Of a DNA stretch of 64,000 nucleotides, positions 8,253 to 18,175 are shown one piece after another. The position numbers were made by a program, and so were the translations under genes. Numbering within the stretch: position 1 is the stretch's first letter; each line of letters begins with the position of its first letter. The notes below the pieces were generated by a model, which did not search any database, had not been told where the DNA came from, and saw only the letters and a program-made list of their open reading frames with translations. The stretch is from Marinicella sp. (lineage in GTDB: Bacteria > Pseudomonadota > Gammaproteobacteria > Xanthomonadales > Marinicellaceae): contig OZ246001.1 in the NCBI GenBank assembly GCA_965230295.1, positions 2,848,001 to 2,912,000 on the forward strand, read 5' to 3'.

Positions 8253-9884
8253 ATGATGAAAAAACTGTTGTTGTGCATGTTGGTTTTGGTTACGCAGGTT
8301 CAAGCCAGGAGTACCTCCAAACAAATTGATGAATTGTTGAATGGGTTGTTTGATAACAAGGGCCCTGGTGGTGTGGCACTGGTGGTCAAGGATGGCAAAA
8401 TCATTTATCGCAAGGCATTTGGGCTCGCCAATTTAGAACTGAATGTCAAGATGAAGCCAGACCACATCTTTCGCATCGGTTCTATCACCAAGCAATTCAC
8501 TGCTGTGGCCGTCATGCAATTGGTCGAAGCTGGTCAATTGGATTTGGATGCCGACATTACTGAGTACATCAAGGACTATCCCACCCATGGCCACAAAATA
8601 ACCATCAAACATTTATTGAATCACACCTCAGGCATCAAAAGTTATACAGGCATGTCCAAATGGGACAGTGAGGCGCGCAAGCGGGACTTCACCCCAACAG
8701 CGTTGATTGATTATTTCAAAGCTGAACCCATGGACTTCAGTCCAGGTGAACAATTTCGTTACAACAACTCAGGTTATGTTTTGTTGGGACACATCATCGA
8801 AGTGGTGTCTGGTGGAAGCTATGCAGAGTATATCAACAACAATATATTCAAGCCTTTGAAGATGGAGCGCTCATCCTATGGTTCCACTTCAAGAATCGTT
8901 AAAGACCGCGCTTATGGGTATGACCAAGTTGATGATACCTATAAAAATGCAGACTTCTTGAGCATGACACAGCCCTATGCCGCCGGATCATTGTTGTCCA
9001 CAGTGGATGATGTGCATACTTGGTATCAAGCCATCTTAAATGATGAACTGATCAGTGCAGAAAGTCGTGAACTGGCGCATGCCATGGGTGTACTTAATAA
9101 TGGAGAAAAAGTGGGGTATGGATTTGGTTGGAGCATTGGCAACATTCAAGGGACCCCTATGGTCGAACATGGCGGTGGTATCAATGGTTTTCTGACCGCT
9201 TCATTGGTGTTGCCAGAAGAAGATGTCTTCATTGCTGTATTCTCAAATTGTCTGTGTAATTATCCGGGTGATGTGGCCATGCAAATGGCCGGTATCGTGA
9301 TTGATAAACCTTTTGAATGGGAAAAGACCAGCCTGGAAGAATCCTTGATGGAATCTTATCAAGGGGTGTATGAAAAGACGGCTGATGATGTGCGGACATT
9401 GACTTATGTTGATGGGCAAATGTACTCATTGCGTTCTGGTGGCAGTAAGTATGCCATTCATCCTTTTGCCAAAGATCAGTTTTTCTTTGATGAAGGCACC
9501 ATGACTTTACAATTTAACCGTGATGATACCGGCCAAATCACTTCTGTGACATCAAAGAGTACAGGTCTGGATCAAACCTGGCTTTTGACTGACAAGCCAT
9601 TACCTACAGTGAATGCTGTTGCCATGGCTCCAGAGCTGTTCGCCACCTATGTGGGTAAGTATGAATTGGCGCCTGACTTTTACATCAACATATTTGCCGA
9701 AGATGAAGTCATGTATACCCGTGCCACCGGTCAGCAGAAAATTGAATTGATCGCTACATCAGACAATCAATTCACTTTGAAAGACACTGACATCAAACTC
9801 ACCCTGAACACCAATGAAAGTGGTGAAGTGTCCAGTTTGACCTTACACCAGAACGGCGATCATCAAGCCAAGAAGGTTGAGTAG
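8253..9884 (+). CDS. Serine hydrolase (beta-lactamase-related family) with C-terminal DUF3471-like domains
   Basis: FRIGSITK (SxxK), YNN (YxN), HGGG motifs, LLNHTSGI; signal peptide. Confidence 0.85.
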   Translation: MMKKLLLCMLVLVTQVQARSTSKQIDELLNGLFDNKGPGGVALVVKDGKIIYRKAFGLANLELNVKMKPDHIFRIGSITKQFTAVAVMQLVEAGQLDLDADITEYIKDYPTHGHKITIKHLLNHTSGIKSYTGMSKWDSEARKRDFTPTALIDYFKAEPMDFSPGEQFRYNNSGYVLLGHIIEVVSGGSYAEYINNNIFKPLKMERSSYGSTSRIVKDRAYGYDQVDDTYKNADFLSMTQPYAAGSLLSTVDDVHTWYQAILNDELISAESRELAHAMGVLNNGEKVGYGFGWSIGNIQGTPMVEHGGGINGFLTASLVLPEEDVFIAVFSNCLCNYPGDVAMQMAGIVIDKPFEWEKTSLEESLMESYQGVYEKTADDVRTLTYVDGQMYSLRSGGSKYAIHPFAKDQFFFDEGTMTLQFNRDDTGQITSVTSKSTGLDQTWLLTDKPLPTVNAVAMAPELFATYVGKYELAPDFYINIFAEDEVMYTRATGQQKIELIATSDNQFTLKDTDIKLTLNTNESGEVSSLTLHQNGDHQAKKVE

Positions 9885-9897
9885 TTAATTCGCTATT

Positions 9898-9986
9898 GTC
9901 ATCCCGGACCCTGATCCGGGATCCAGCGTCTTTTGGAATGTAGGCGATATTCAAAGACACTGGATACCGGCCTTCGCCGGTATGAC
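9898..9986. repeat. REP/RPE-like palindromic doublet (GTCAT...ATGAC type)
   Basis: gtcatcccggaccctgatccgggatcca ... tggataccggccttcgccggtatgac between convergent genes. Confidence 0.75.
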
Positions 9987-10050
9987 GACCTTGGTTTAAG
10001 TATCATGATCTGTTTGATGTCTTTCAAACGCAGTCTTGAAAGAATAGATC

Positions 10051-10515
10051 TTATACCTTGAACAGGTCTCCTGCTTCATGTTGCAATAACCACTGTTTCC
10101 TTTCCAGTCCGCCAGCATAACCGGTTAAAGTGCCATTGGCCCCAATCACCCGGTGACAAGGGATGATGATGGAAATCGGGTTTTTACCATTGGCCGCCCC
10201 CACAGCACGGACAGCTTTGGGGTTGTTGATGGACTGGGCCATGTCTGAATAAGAGGCCACTTGTCCATATGCGATGGTTAACAAGGCTTGCCAAACCTGT
10301 TGTTGGAAGTCAGTGCCTTGTGGATCTAGTGGCAAATCAAAGTCTTTCCTTTGGCCAGCAAAGTAATCTGTTAACTGTTCTTTGGCCAGATCAGTGATCT
10401 TATTGGAATCGATGGGTTGGCGTTGTTCCTCAACAAAATAGACGCTGCGGATGCCTCGGTCTGTGGCCGTGATTTCTACCCAGCCTATGTCAGAATTTAA
10501 ATAATCGGTATGCAT
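10051..10515 (-). CDS. ogt: Methylated-DNA--protein-cysteine methyltransferase
   Basis: GTDFQQQVW, RAVGAANGKNP, IPCHRV active site. Confidence 0.95.
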   Translation of the reverse strand: MHTDYLNSDIGWVEITATDRGIRSVYFVEEQRQPIDSNKITDLAKEQLTDYFAGQRKDFDLPLDPQGTDFQQQVWQALLTIAYGQVASYSDMAQSINNPKAVRAVGAANGKNPISIIIPCHRVIGANGTLTGYAGGLERKQWLLQHEAGDLFKV

Positions 10516-10516
10516 T

Positions 10517-11875
10517 TTATAATTGGCTCCAAAGTTGGAAGGTGAGGTAGCTGCGCCAAGGTGCAACTCGTTCTGGTTCTATGGCATGGCCTTTGATGGC
10601 TTTATCTACGCCCAAATCGCCTGCCAAAAAGATGTCGGGATCGCTCAATCCACGCAGTTTGGCATAGTTGATGGTCCAAGGCCCAATGCCTTTGATGTCG
10701 TGCCAGGTGTCTGGATCATTGGCATGTTCATGGTCAATAAAGTGGTGGGCCAAATCGCGAATCGTTTGTTTTCTGGCTCCTGGCATTTTTAAAAAATCCA
10801 GTTCACTGTTTGCAATGGCTGCTGGTGAGGGAAACCAATGTTGATCACCGCGTTGTTGCCCCAGATGTTCAACCACTTGAATGACCAGGTTTTTGGCGGC
10901 TGTTACTGAGATTTGTTGCCCCAAAATGGCCCGGATTCCAGCTTCAAAAACGGACCAGATTCCCGGGATTCTGAGACCACTGTGTAAAGTAAATCCGGAC
11001 GGTAATTGTTCTGCCAGATGGGTTTCGATGGTTTCGGTATCCGCGTCCAAGTCCAGCTGTCGCCGGATGTTGTTCAACACCCTGTGTAAATGCTTGAAAT
11101 CATGCAGTTGTAACTGAACTTCAAAAGCATTTTTCTCGGGTAAGTGTTTGGCCGTAAAGGCGCCTTGGGATTCAGCCAAAGCAAAAGTCCTGCCATAGTA
11201 ATCCGGGCCAATGGTTTCAAGTTGTGGTATCAAGCGCGCTTGCAAGAAGTTTTGTAAGCGTTGCCAGTCATAAGGTGGTCGATAAAACAATTTAATGCAG
11301 ATTTCATTGCTGGCTTGGTGACCGGTTTTACGGATTTCAGATGGCGTGAGTTTCATGGTTTTGATGAAACAATCATTGAACCGGCGCACACTGTTAAAAC
11401 CACTGGCAAATGCAATTTGATTGATGGGTAATTGGGTTTGATGTAACAACTGCTTTGCCATCAGACATTGTTGGTACAACACATAAGATTTGGGTGAAAT
11501 GCCCAGATGCTTGACGAACAGTTGCCTCAAGTACCGGTCGCTGACACCCAAATACTCAGCGAATTGATGCATCGATTGGTTTTCTAAACGGCCGGCATCA
11601 ATCAATTTGATGGCTCGTTGCAACAAGGCTTGACTGCCCATCCAAGCGGCTGATTGGGGAGCGCTGTCAGGACGGCAACGCAAACACGGTCTGAAACCTG
11701 CTGCAGCGGCTTGATAAGCCGAGGGGTAATAATCAACATTGGATTCTTTCGGTGGTGTGGCAGGGCAGATGCTGCGGCAATAAATGCCAGTGGTTTTTAC
11801 CGCAGTAAAAAAGCGGCCATCGAACCTGGCATCTCGTGATAATCTGGCTTTTCGACAAACTTCTTGACTGAGCAC
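10517..11875 (-). CDS. alkA: Ada metal-binding/AraC-AlkA fusion DNA-3-methyladenine glycosylase
   Basis: TTGIYCRSIC, GFRPCLRCRP, AraC HTH, RAILGQQIS, KGIGPWT HhH, PWRSY. Confidence 0.92.
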   Translation of the reverse strand: MLSQEVCRKARLSRDARFDGRFFTAVKTTGIYCRSICPATPPKESNVDYYPSAYQAAAAGFRPCLRCRPDSAPQSAAWMGSQALLQRAIKLIDAGRLENQSMHQFAEYLGVSDRYLRQLFVKHLGISPKSYVLYQQCLMAKQLLHQTQLPINQIAFASGFNSVRRFNDCFIKTMKLTPSEIRKTGHQASNEICIKLFYRPPYDWQRLQNFLQARLIPQLETIGPDYYGRTFALAESQGAFTAKHLPEKNAFEVQLQLHDFKHLHRVLNNIRRQLDLDADTETIETHLAEQLPSGFTLHSGLRIPGIWSVFEAGIRAILGQQISVTAAKNLVIQVVEHLGQQRGDQHWFPSPAAIANSELDFLKMPGARKQTIRDLAHHFIDHEHANDPDTWHDIKGIGPWTINYAKLRGLSDPDIFLAGDLGVDKAIKGHAIEPERVAPWRSYLTFQLWSQL

Positions 11876-11963
11876 TGCTATAAATAAAATGATTGACTGG
11901 TCTTAATTGTAAGCCAAGTAAACGAATAAACCAGCCATTTTCGGAACTGAATTCGGTGGCTCT

Positions 11964-13073
11964 CTATTCGACAGATTTTGGCTGGTAGTTGATTTCTTCA
12001 GTTGTGGTAAATAATTGCCATAAACCAGGATCGATGTCTTTGAATAAAGCTTGAAAACGCAAGTTATCTGCGCTTTCATTGGTTACATTTCGGATTAAAA
12101 TTTGTTCTATTTGTTGCGGGAATTGTTGTTGTATCTTGGCATAAATTTCAGGGTCATACTCGCCACTGTCACCAACCAGGATGAATGTTCTGTTGGGATA
12201 CCTTGTTAGAATTTGTTTGATTTGTGGTGGCTTGGTTTCGGTGCTTTTGACAAACAGGTTTAACAAGCTGCTGTCCCTGAAACGAAAAGCTTTCAATGCA
12301 TAGTCTGCCATTGGAAAACCTTCTTTTTCAATGGCTGCTGAAAGGGCAGGATACAATTGCCATGGGCTTGATGAGACAAAGTGTAAAGCACCATCAGCTC
12401 GTAACCAGTGCCGGTACTTTTCAGCCATGCCTGGCACCAAAGCAAAGTCTTTGTAGAATGTGTTGTACAGCAATTGCTTGCGATCAGTCACGCTGGAAAT
12501 CTTGATGGTGTCATCAATGTCACTGATGATTGATACGCCATGCGGGTCGATTAAACTGACATGACCGGTGAATACTCGGGTATCGCCATCAGCCAATACA
12601 GCTTCAAAGGTCAGTTGAGCGGTCTTGGTGGCTGTTTGCATGACATCGGCATCCACCGATAAAACCCGTGAGAAATGACCATTTTCTGCCGATTCAGGTA
12701 TGGCATAAGTCCTGTCAGCAAAGCGGATGACAACAGTTTTACCCCGTTCATTGTCTGCCAGTAAGGCATTGACTCGATGATCAAAGTTCCGTTGATTATC
12801 GGGAGAAACCTCCAATCCATACGTGGTTTCGAGGGCCGATTGAATCAAGGCTTTTCTGACTTTAGAGTCTTCTGCTTCAAAGACCCAACCATGAATGGGC
12901 ACCTGCCATTGATTGCTGTCCTGGTTGAACCAAGCACTGGTGTTGAAGAAGACCAAGGTTTCATCAGATTTTAATTCGCTCACTGGGCCCGCCAACAATG
13001 CCTGGGTTGCCAACATGAATAGTAATGTGCCTATGAGGTTCAGTCTTTGTTGCATGGGTTCAAAAGTTTCCAA
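11964..13073 (-). CDS. App1-family phosphatidate phosphatase-like protein (DUF2183)
   Basis: SIISDIDDTIK, FVSSSPWQLY, ILVGDSGEYDPEIY; signal peptide; exact start uncertain. Confidence 0.85.
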   Translation of the reverse strand: METFEPMQQRLNLIGTLLFMLATQALLAGPVSELKSDETLVFFNTSAWFNQDSNQWQVPIHGWVFEAEDSKVRKALIQSALETTYGLEVSPDNQRNFDHRVNALLADNERGKTVVIRFADRTYAIPESAENGHFSRVLSVDADVMQTATKTAQLTFEAVLADGDTRVFTGHVSLIDPHGVSIISDIDDTIKISSVTDRKQLLYNTFYKDFALVPGMAEKYRHWLRADGALHFVSSSPWQLYPALSAAIEKEGFPMADYALKAFRFRDSSLLNLFVKSTETKPPQIKQILTRYPNRTFILVGDSGEYDPEIYAKIQQQFPQQIEQILIRNVTNESADNLRFQALFKDIDPGLWQLFTTTEEINYQPKSVE

Positions 13074-13238
13074 GGTTAAATTCTGTGTTCATTATCGCAG
13101 CTTTGAGGCCAGGGTCAATCTCAGAATAGTTGAACCACTTTGCAAAATTGAGTGTAGCCATAAATTTGCCACAATAAAACATTTTATCAACACAATAATT
13201 AAATATACTGAAGACTGATTTATAACGATTGAACAGCA

Positions 13239-16200
13239 ATGAAAAAATTAGCATTAGGGTTGATATTTGGTTTCTTGATGGCTTGTGGCGGTGAAGATTC
13301 TAAGCAAGTGACACAGGAAGAAGGACAAACAAAAGGAGCGCAAGTTCAAAGCAAAGAAGGTGATTCTGACAGCCGTCAGACACAGACATTTGACTCCGCC
13401 GTCCAAGGGACCACAACTTTCAAACTGCTGAGCATCTCTGAAGGCATTTTTGAAAACACCAGTGCACTGCAAATCAATTTCAATTTGCCGGTCAAGCCAA
13501 ACCAGGACTTCGAGCAATTGATCAGAGTCACCAGTCAAGGCCAATTGGTCAAAACAGATTGGGTCTTCAGTGACAATCGGATGGCCATGTACTTTCCTTT
13601 CATTGATGCCAGTACTGAATATGAAATCAACGTCAGCCAATCTCTGAACAGTGCGGGAAACAAGATGTTGACCCAAGCTTCAAAAGTCAATTTAAAGACC
13701 CAACCTTTGAAAAAGTCCGCACGGTTTATTTCTACAGGAAACACCTTGTTGAGTACCGACGAAGACTTACCCATCGAAGCGGTTAACGTGGATGCTGTTG
13801 AACTCAAATTCTGGCGCATTAATAACCAGCACATGCATCGTTTTTTACAAAATCCCAACAAAAAAGACATATATAACCTACAAAAAATGACTGAAGTGGC
13901 TGAGCTGGTTTTCACCAATCATTACGAACTGGATGAGGTCAAGAATAAAATTGAAAGTCATAATTTACCGATAGACCAGATCCAGGCAATCAAACCTTCA
14001 GGCATTTATTTTGTCACCATGATGCCAGATGATGCTTCTTATGAATATCAATACGAATCGACCTGGTTTATCCAGACAGATCTGGGCTTACACACCCGCG
14101 TTTATCAAAGTTCGGTGGCTGTTTTCACCCACCAATTACCTGCAGCAAAAGTTTTTCCTGATGTGCAGATTCAATTGTTTGATAACAAAGGCAACGAGGT
14201 GGCCAATGCAACCACCGACCAACAAGGGTTTGCCTCCCTGGATTACAGTCAAAGCAAGCAATTGAATTTTGTGTTGGCCCAGGCTGGCGACTCGATCAAC
14301 TTGGTGAGACTGAAACAGCCCAAGTTGGACCTGTCTGAGTTTGGTTTGGCCAAACGCAGGTACCAACAACAGGAATTGTTTTTATATGCCCCAAGAGACT
14401 TGTACCGACCAGGAGAAACCGTTCATATCAACGGTTTGTTGCGTGATGAAGATGGTCAAATGGTCACCTCTACCCCGATACACGTTGACATCAGGCGGCC
14501 TGATAATCGCTTGTTTAAAACCTTCAAATGGCAAGGTGACGCATTGGCGTTTTATCAATCATCATTCACCATTCCGAGTGATGCCATGACGGGAACCTGG
14601 ACCTTCAATGCCGTGGTGGCCAACAACAACAGTTTCAACTACGAATTGCAAATCGAGGATTTCTTGCCTGAACGGTTAAAGCTGGCATTATCAACAGGCA
14701 ATGATTCAAAACAAGTGCCGGTAGAACAAGCACCCATCATCAACATCCAAAGTGATTATTTATATGGAGCTCCGGCGGCTGGTAATCGATACGATGCCAC
14801 GGTTACGGTCAGCGCTTCCACCAAACTTTTTGATACCTATGAAGACTACCACTTTGGTTCCAATCATTACACCAGTTATGACAACAACTTCACCACAGAT
14901 GCGAGTGAATTGAATGACTCCGGATTTGCCGCTTTGGCCTTGCCAATCAAATGGCAGAACACCCAATTTCCGCTGAAAATCAATACCCATGTGAATGTAT
15001 ATGAGGCGGGTGGCCGGCCTATTTCAAGAAGTGTACAACAAACCGTGTGGCCACAACCGATGGCTGTGGGTATCAAGCCCATGTGGGATGGTCGTTTTGC
15101 CAGTCCCAACAAAGCCAACGCAGTTTCATTACTGGCAGTTAACCAGGCCGGAGAACAGATCGCCCTGAAACGCGCAGAAATCATGCTGATCCAGGAAAAC
15201 CGTGAACGGTATTGGCATTGGGGCGATGATGGCTGGGGGTATCGAAACAACAGTCAGGAAGTGCCCGTATACAATGCCGTGGTCAACCTGGCACAAGACG
15301 CTGAGTCACTGGTTTCACTGCCCCTGGATTATGGCATGTACCGAGTGGAAGTTCGAACACAGGATCAGCAATTGATTTCCAGTTACCGTTTTTTCTCAGG
15401 ATGGCGTTGGTATGATCCCTACGCTTACCGGGGTGAAAAACCAGATCAAGTCAAACTGGCTTGGCAAGCCGATGATTGGGTGCCTGGTCAACAAGCTGAG
15501 CTACTGGTGACGGCACCTTATGCAGGTACCGCTTTGATCACCGTAGAAAGTGATGAACTGCTGTGGCACCAAAGCATCGAAATGTCTTCTGCAGAAGAGT
15601 TGATCAAGGTCCCAATTGACAGTCAATGGCGGCGTCATGACCTTCATGCCAGCGTCATGGTGATTCAATCCGGGTCAGGCAACAAAGACCGCAATCACCT
15701 GCCCAGGCGTTCGATGGGGGTCATTCACCTCCCACTGAATCGCAGTGACAGAAAACTGTCTATGGAATTGCAGCACCCTGAAAAAACGTTGCCTGATGAG
15801 CCGGTTCAAGTTACGGTCAAATTGACACAGTTTGATGCCAAGCAAAACACCTTTGTGACCTTGGCAGCGGTAGACACAGGGGTGTTGAATGTCAGTCAAT
15901 TCGAAACGCCTAAACCCTTTGAGTGGTTTTTTGCCAAACGCCAATACCTGCCAGCCTTACGCGATGTTTATGGTTCATTGATTGCGATGATTGAAGCCAA
16001 ACAAGCACAACAGAAATTTGGTGGTGATGCAGACATCAGCAGGGGGGGAGATGAAGCCAAGGCAGATGTTCAAATCGTCTCGATATTCACCGACAAAGTC
16101 GCCTTTGACCCAAATGGTGAAGCCAGCATCGAGCTACAGTTGCCGTATTTCAATGGTGAATTGCGTCTGATGGCAATGGCCTTCAATGAACAACAGTTTG

Positions 16201-18164
16201 CCGGTGCAGACAGCCGCATCAAAGTGGCTGCACCGATTGTGATTGAGACTTCTTTGCCCAGATTTTTAGCCAAGGGTGATCAATCAACAGCCACGATTGA
16301 ATTCCACAATACCGAAGATGAAAGTACCGAAATCAGCTATCAAATTCAGGCTGATGATGCTTTAGGTGGTGAAATCGAATCCGGGGTGAAGGCTTTAGCA
16401 GCTGATGAGAAACACATCATCCAATTACCCATATCAGGAGCGGTACACCAAGGTCAGGGCCGCATTCAAGTGGTGGCAGGTGCCCAATCTGGATTCAACA
16501 TGGATCGATCATGGTATCTGGCTTTGCGCCCAGCCATGCCAGCTGTGGTTGACCAATACAAAGCCCTTTTGAAGCCCAATGGTTCATACACCACTGATGT
16601 TGATGCATACAGTAAGTTTGATGATTTGAATCTTAAAGCTGTGATGACCATTTCAGATACGCCGGTGTTGAATCGAGAAGATCACATGTTGCAATTGTTG
16701 CAGTATCCCTATGGTTGTTTGGAGCAAACTTCGAGTCGAGCCTGGCCTTTGTTGTATGCGGAAGAAGCTGATTACCGCCTGTATGCACCAGCCAAACAAA
16801 ATGACCTTTATAACAACCGATTTAATGTGGTCAATGGTGCCATCAGTCGCTTACTGGGTATGCAATTGTACAGTGGTGGTTTTGGCTTGTGGTCTAATGA
16901 CAGCTATGAAGAAAACTGGTTGACTGTGTACGTGACTGACTTCTTGGTCCAGGCACGAAAATTAGGCTATGAAGTGCCTGAAGAACCCTTGAACAAAGCC
17001 ATCACAAGATTACAAAATTACGTCAGAAACTCAGGTCAGGTGAACTCAAATTTAGCACAATACCTCAGTCACCGAAACCACTTTGAAATTTCTTACAAAG
17101 CCTATGCCGCCTATGTATTGGCAACGATGAATCAAATCAGCTTACAAGACGTACGCCGACTGTTTGATCAATTCAGTGATCAAGCCCGCAGTCCGTTACC
17201 ACTGGCTCATTTGGCTTTGGGGCTGGAAAAATTGGGTGATGAGCGCCGAGCCACAGAAGCTTGGCAACAAACTGTGGATTTTAAATGGAACCGAAATAGA
17301 TACGAGTACTATGGCGATTATGGATCTAAAGTGAGGGACTATGCAGAGGTGGTTGCTTTGGGTACCAACAGTCAATTGCTGTCAAACTTACCACAGTCAA
17401 CATTGGATTTGATCGTCCCGTTACAAGCAGATATTGCCAACCGCAAATGGTTCTCAACCCAGGAAAGAAGCACTTTATTTAAAACTGCGAAACTGTTAAA
17501 GCTCGCATCTCCCCCCGATTCCGAGTGGTCTGTAACGGTTCAACAGGCTGATGAAGATAAAACCTACCAACAAAGTCAGGACTTGTTGAAAGTGTGGCGT
17601 GACCAACAAGCCCTCACCGGCATCAAGGTCAACAACCAAGGTGAGAAGCCGGTTTATTTGGATTTGAAATACCAAGGTTATTTGAAGCAGCATGTGGCTG
17701 AAAATAATGGCATAGTGGTCAAGAAAAAGTATTTCGATTTGAATGGCAATCATGTTGAATTGAGCGACATAAACTCAGGCGATTTTCTTTTGGTCCACTT
17801 AGAAATGTCTTTACAAGAGGAGTACAATTACTTACCTGATGCCATGGTGATTGACTTGCTACCAGCAGGTTTAGAGTTGGAAAATCAAAACCTCGATCAT
17901 GCTTTAAAACTGGATGACATCAAGGTGGATGGAAAGTATGTGCGGGATTGGGGAGGACAAACCTATCTCAAACACAGCGAATACCGCGATGATCGATTCG
18001 TGGCGGCGTTGACCTTATCCAGTTACCACAACGCCCATGTGTTTTATTTGGCCCGTGCAGTGACGCCAGGTGAATACGTCATTCCTCCTACTTTGGTAGA
18101 AGACATGTACAGACCGGAAATTCGCTCCACCAGCGATGATTTGGGCAAAATCAGCATTCAATAA
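13239..18164 (+). CDS. yfhM: Bacterial alpha-2-macroglobulin lipoprotein
   Basis: Lipobox LMA-C; RDLYRPGE; thioester YPYGCLEQ; LARAVTPG; followed by pbpC. Confidence 0.95.
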   Translation: MKKLALGLIFGFLMACGGEDSKQVTQEEGQTKGAQVQSKEGDSDSRQTQTFDSAVQGTTTFKLLSISEGIFENTSALQINFNLPVKPNQDFEQLIRVTSQGQLVKTDWVFSDNRMAMYFPFIDASTEYEINVSQSLNSAGNKMLTQASKVNLKTQPLKKSARFISTGNTLLSTDEDLPIEAVNVDAVELKFWRINNQHMHRFLQNPNKKDIYNLQKMTEVAELVFTNHYELDEVKNKIESHNLPIDQIQAIKPSGIYFVTMMPDDASYEYQYESTWFIQTDLGLHTRVYQSSVAVFTHQLPAAKVFPDVQIQLFDNKGNEVANATTDQQGFASLDYSQSKQLNFVLAQAGDSINLVRLKQPKLDLSEFGLAKRRYQQQELFLYAPRDLYRPGETVHINGLLRDEDGQMVTSTPIHVDIRRPDNRLFKTFKWQGDALAFYQSSFTIPSDAMTGTWTFNAVVANNNSFNYELQIEDFLPERLKLALSTGNDSKQVPVEQAPIINIQSDYLYGAPAAGNRYDATVTVSASTKLFDTYEDYHFGSNHYTSYDNNFTTDASELNDSGFAALALPIKWQNTQFPLKINTHVNVYEAGGRPISRSVQQTVWPQPMAVGIKPMWDGRFASPNKANAVSLLAVNQAGEQIALKRAEIMLIQENRERYWHWGDDGWGYRNNSQEVPVYNAVVNLAQDAESLVSLPLDYGMYRVEVRTQDQQLISSYRFFSGWRWYDPYAYRGEKPDQVKLAWQADDWVPGQQAELLVTAPYAGTALITVESDELLWHQSIEMSSAEELIKVPIDSQWRRHDLHASVMVIQSGSGNKDRNHLPRRSMGVIHLPLNRSDRKLSMELQHPEKTLPDEPVQVTVKLTQFDAKQNTFVTLAAVDTGVLNVSQFETPKPFEWFFAKRQYLPALRDVYGSLIAMIEAKQAQQKFGGDADISRGGDEAKADVQIVSIFTDKVAFDPNGEASIELQLPYFNGELRLMAMAFNEQQFAGADSRIKVAAPIVIETSLPRFLAKGDQSTATIEFHNTEDESTEISYQIQADDALGGEIESGVKALAADEKHIIQLPISGAVHQGQGRIQVVAGAQSGFNMDRSWYLALRPAMPAVVDQYKALLKPNGSYTTDVDAYSKFDDLNLKAVMTISDTPVLNREDHMLQLLQYPYGCLEQTSSRAWPLLYAEEADYRLYAPAKQNDLYNNRFNVVNGAISRLLGMQLYSGGFGLWSNDSYEENWLTVYVTDFLVQARKLGYEVPEEPLNKAITRLQNYVRNSGQVNSNLAQYLSHRNHFEISYKAYAAYVLATMNQISLQDVRRLFDQFSDQARSPLPLAHLALGLEKLGDERRATEAWQQTVDFKWNRNRYEYYGDYGSKVRDYAEVVALGTNSQLLSNLPQSTLDLIVPLQADIANRKWFSTQERSTLFKTAKLLKLASPPDSEWSVTVQQADEDKTYQQSQDLLKVWRDQQALTGIKVNNQGEKPVYLDLKYQGYLKQHVAENNGIVVKKKYFDLNGNHVELSDINSGDFLLVHLEMSLQEEYNYLPDAMVIDLLPAGLELENQNLDHALKLDDIKVDGKYVRDWGGQTYLKHSEYRDDRFVAALTLSSYHNAHVFYLARAVTPGEYVIPPTLVEDMYRPEIRSTSDDLGKISIQ

Positions 18165-18175
18165 GCAAGTTTGAA

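Noticed and set aside
8253-9884. Antibiotic-resistance beta-lactamase
   Set aside because: Architecture with C-terminal DUF3471-like domains fits the broad serine hydrolase/peptidase family; resistance cannot be inferred
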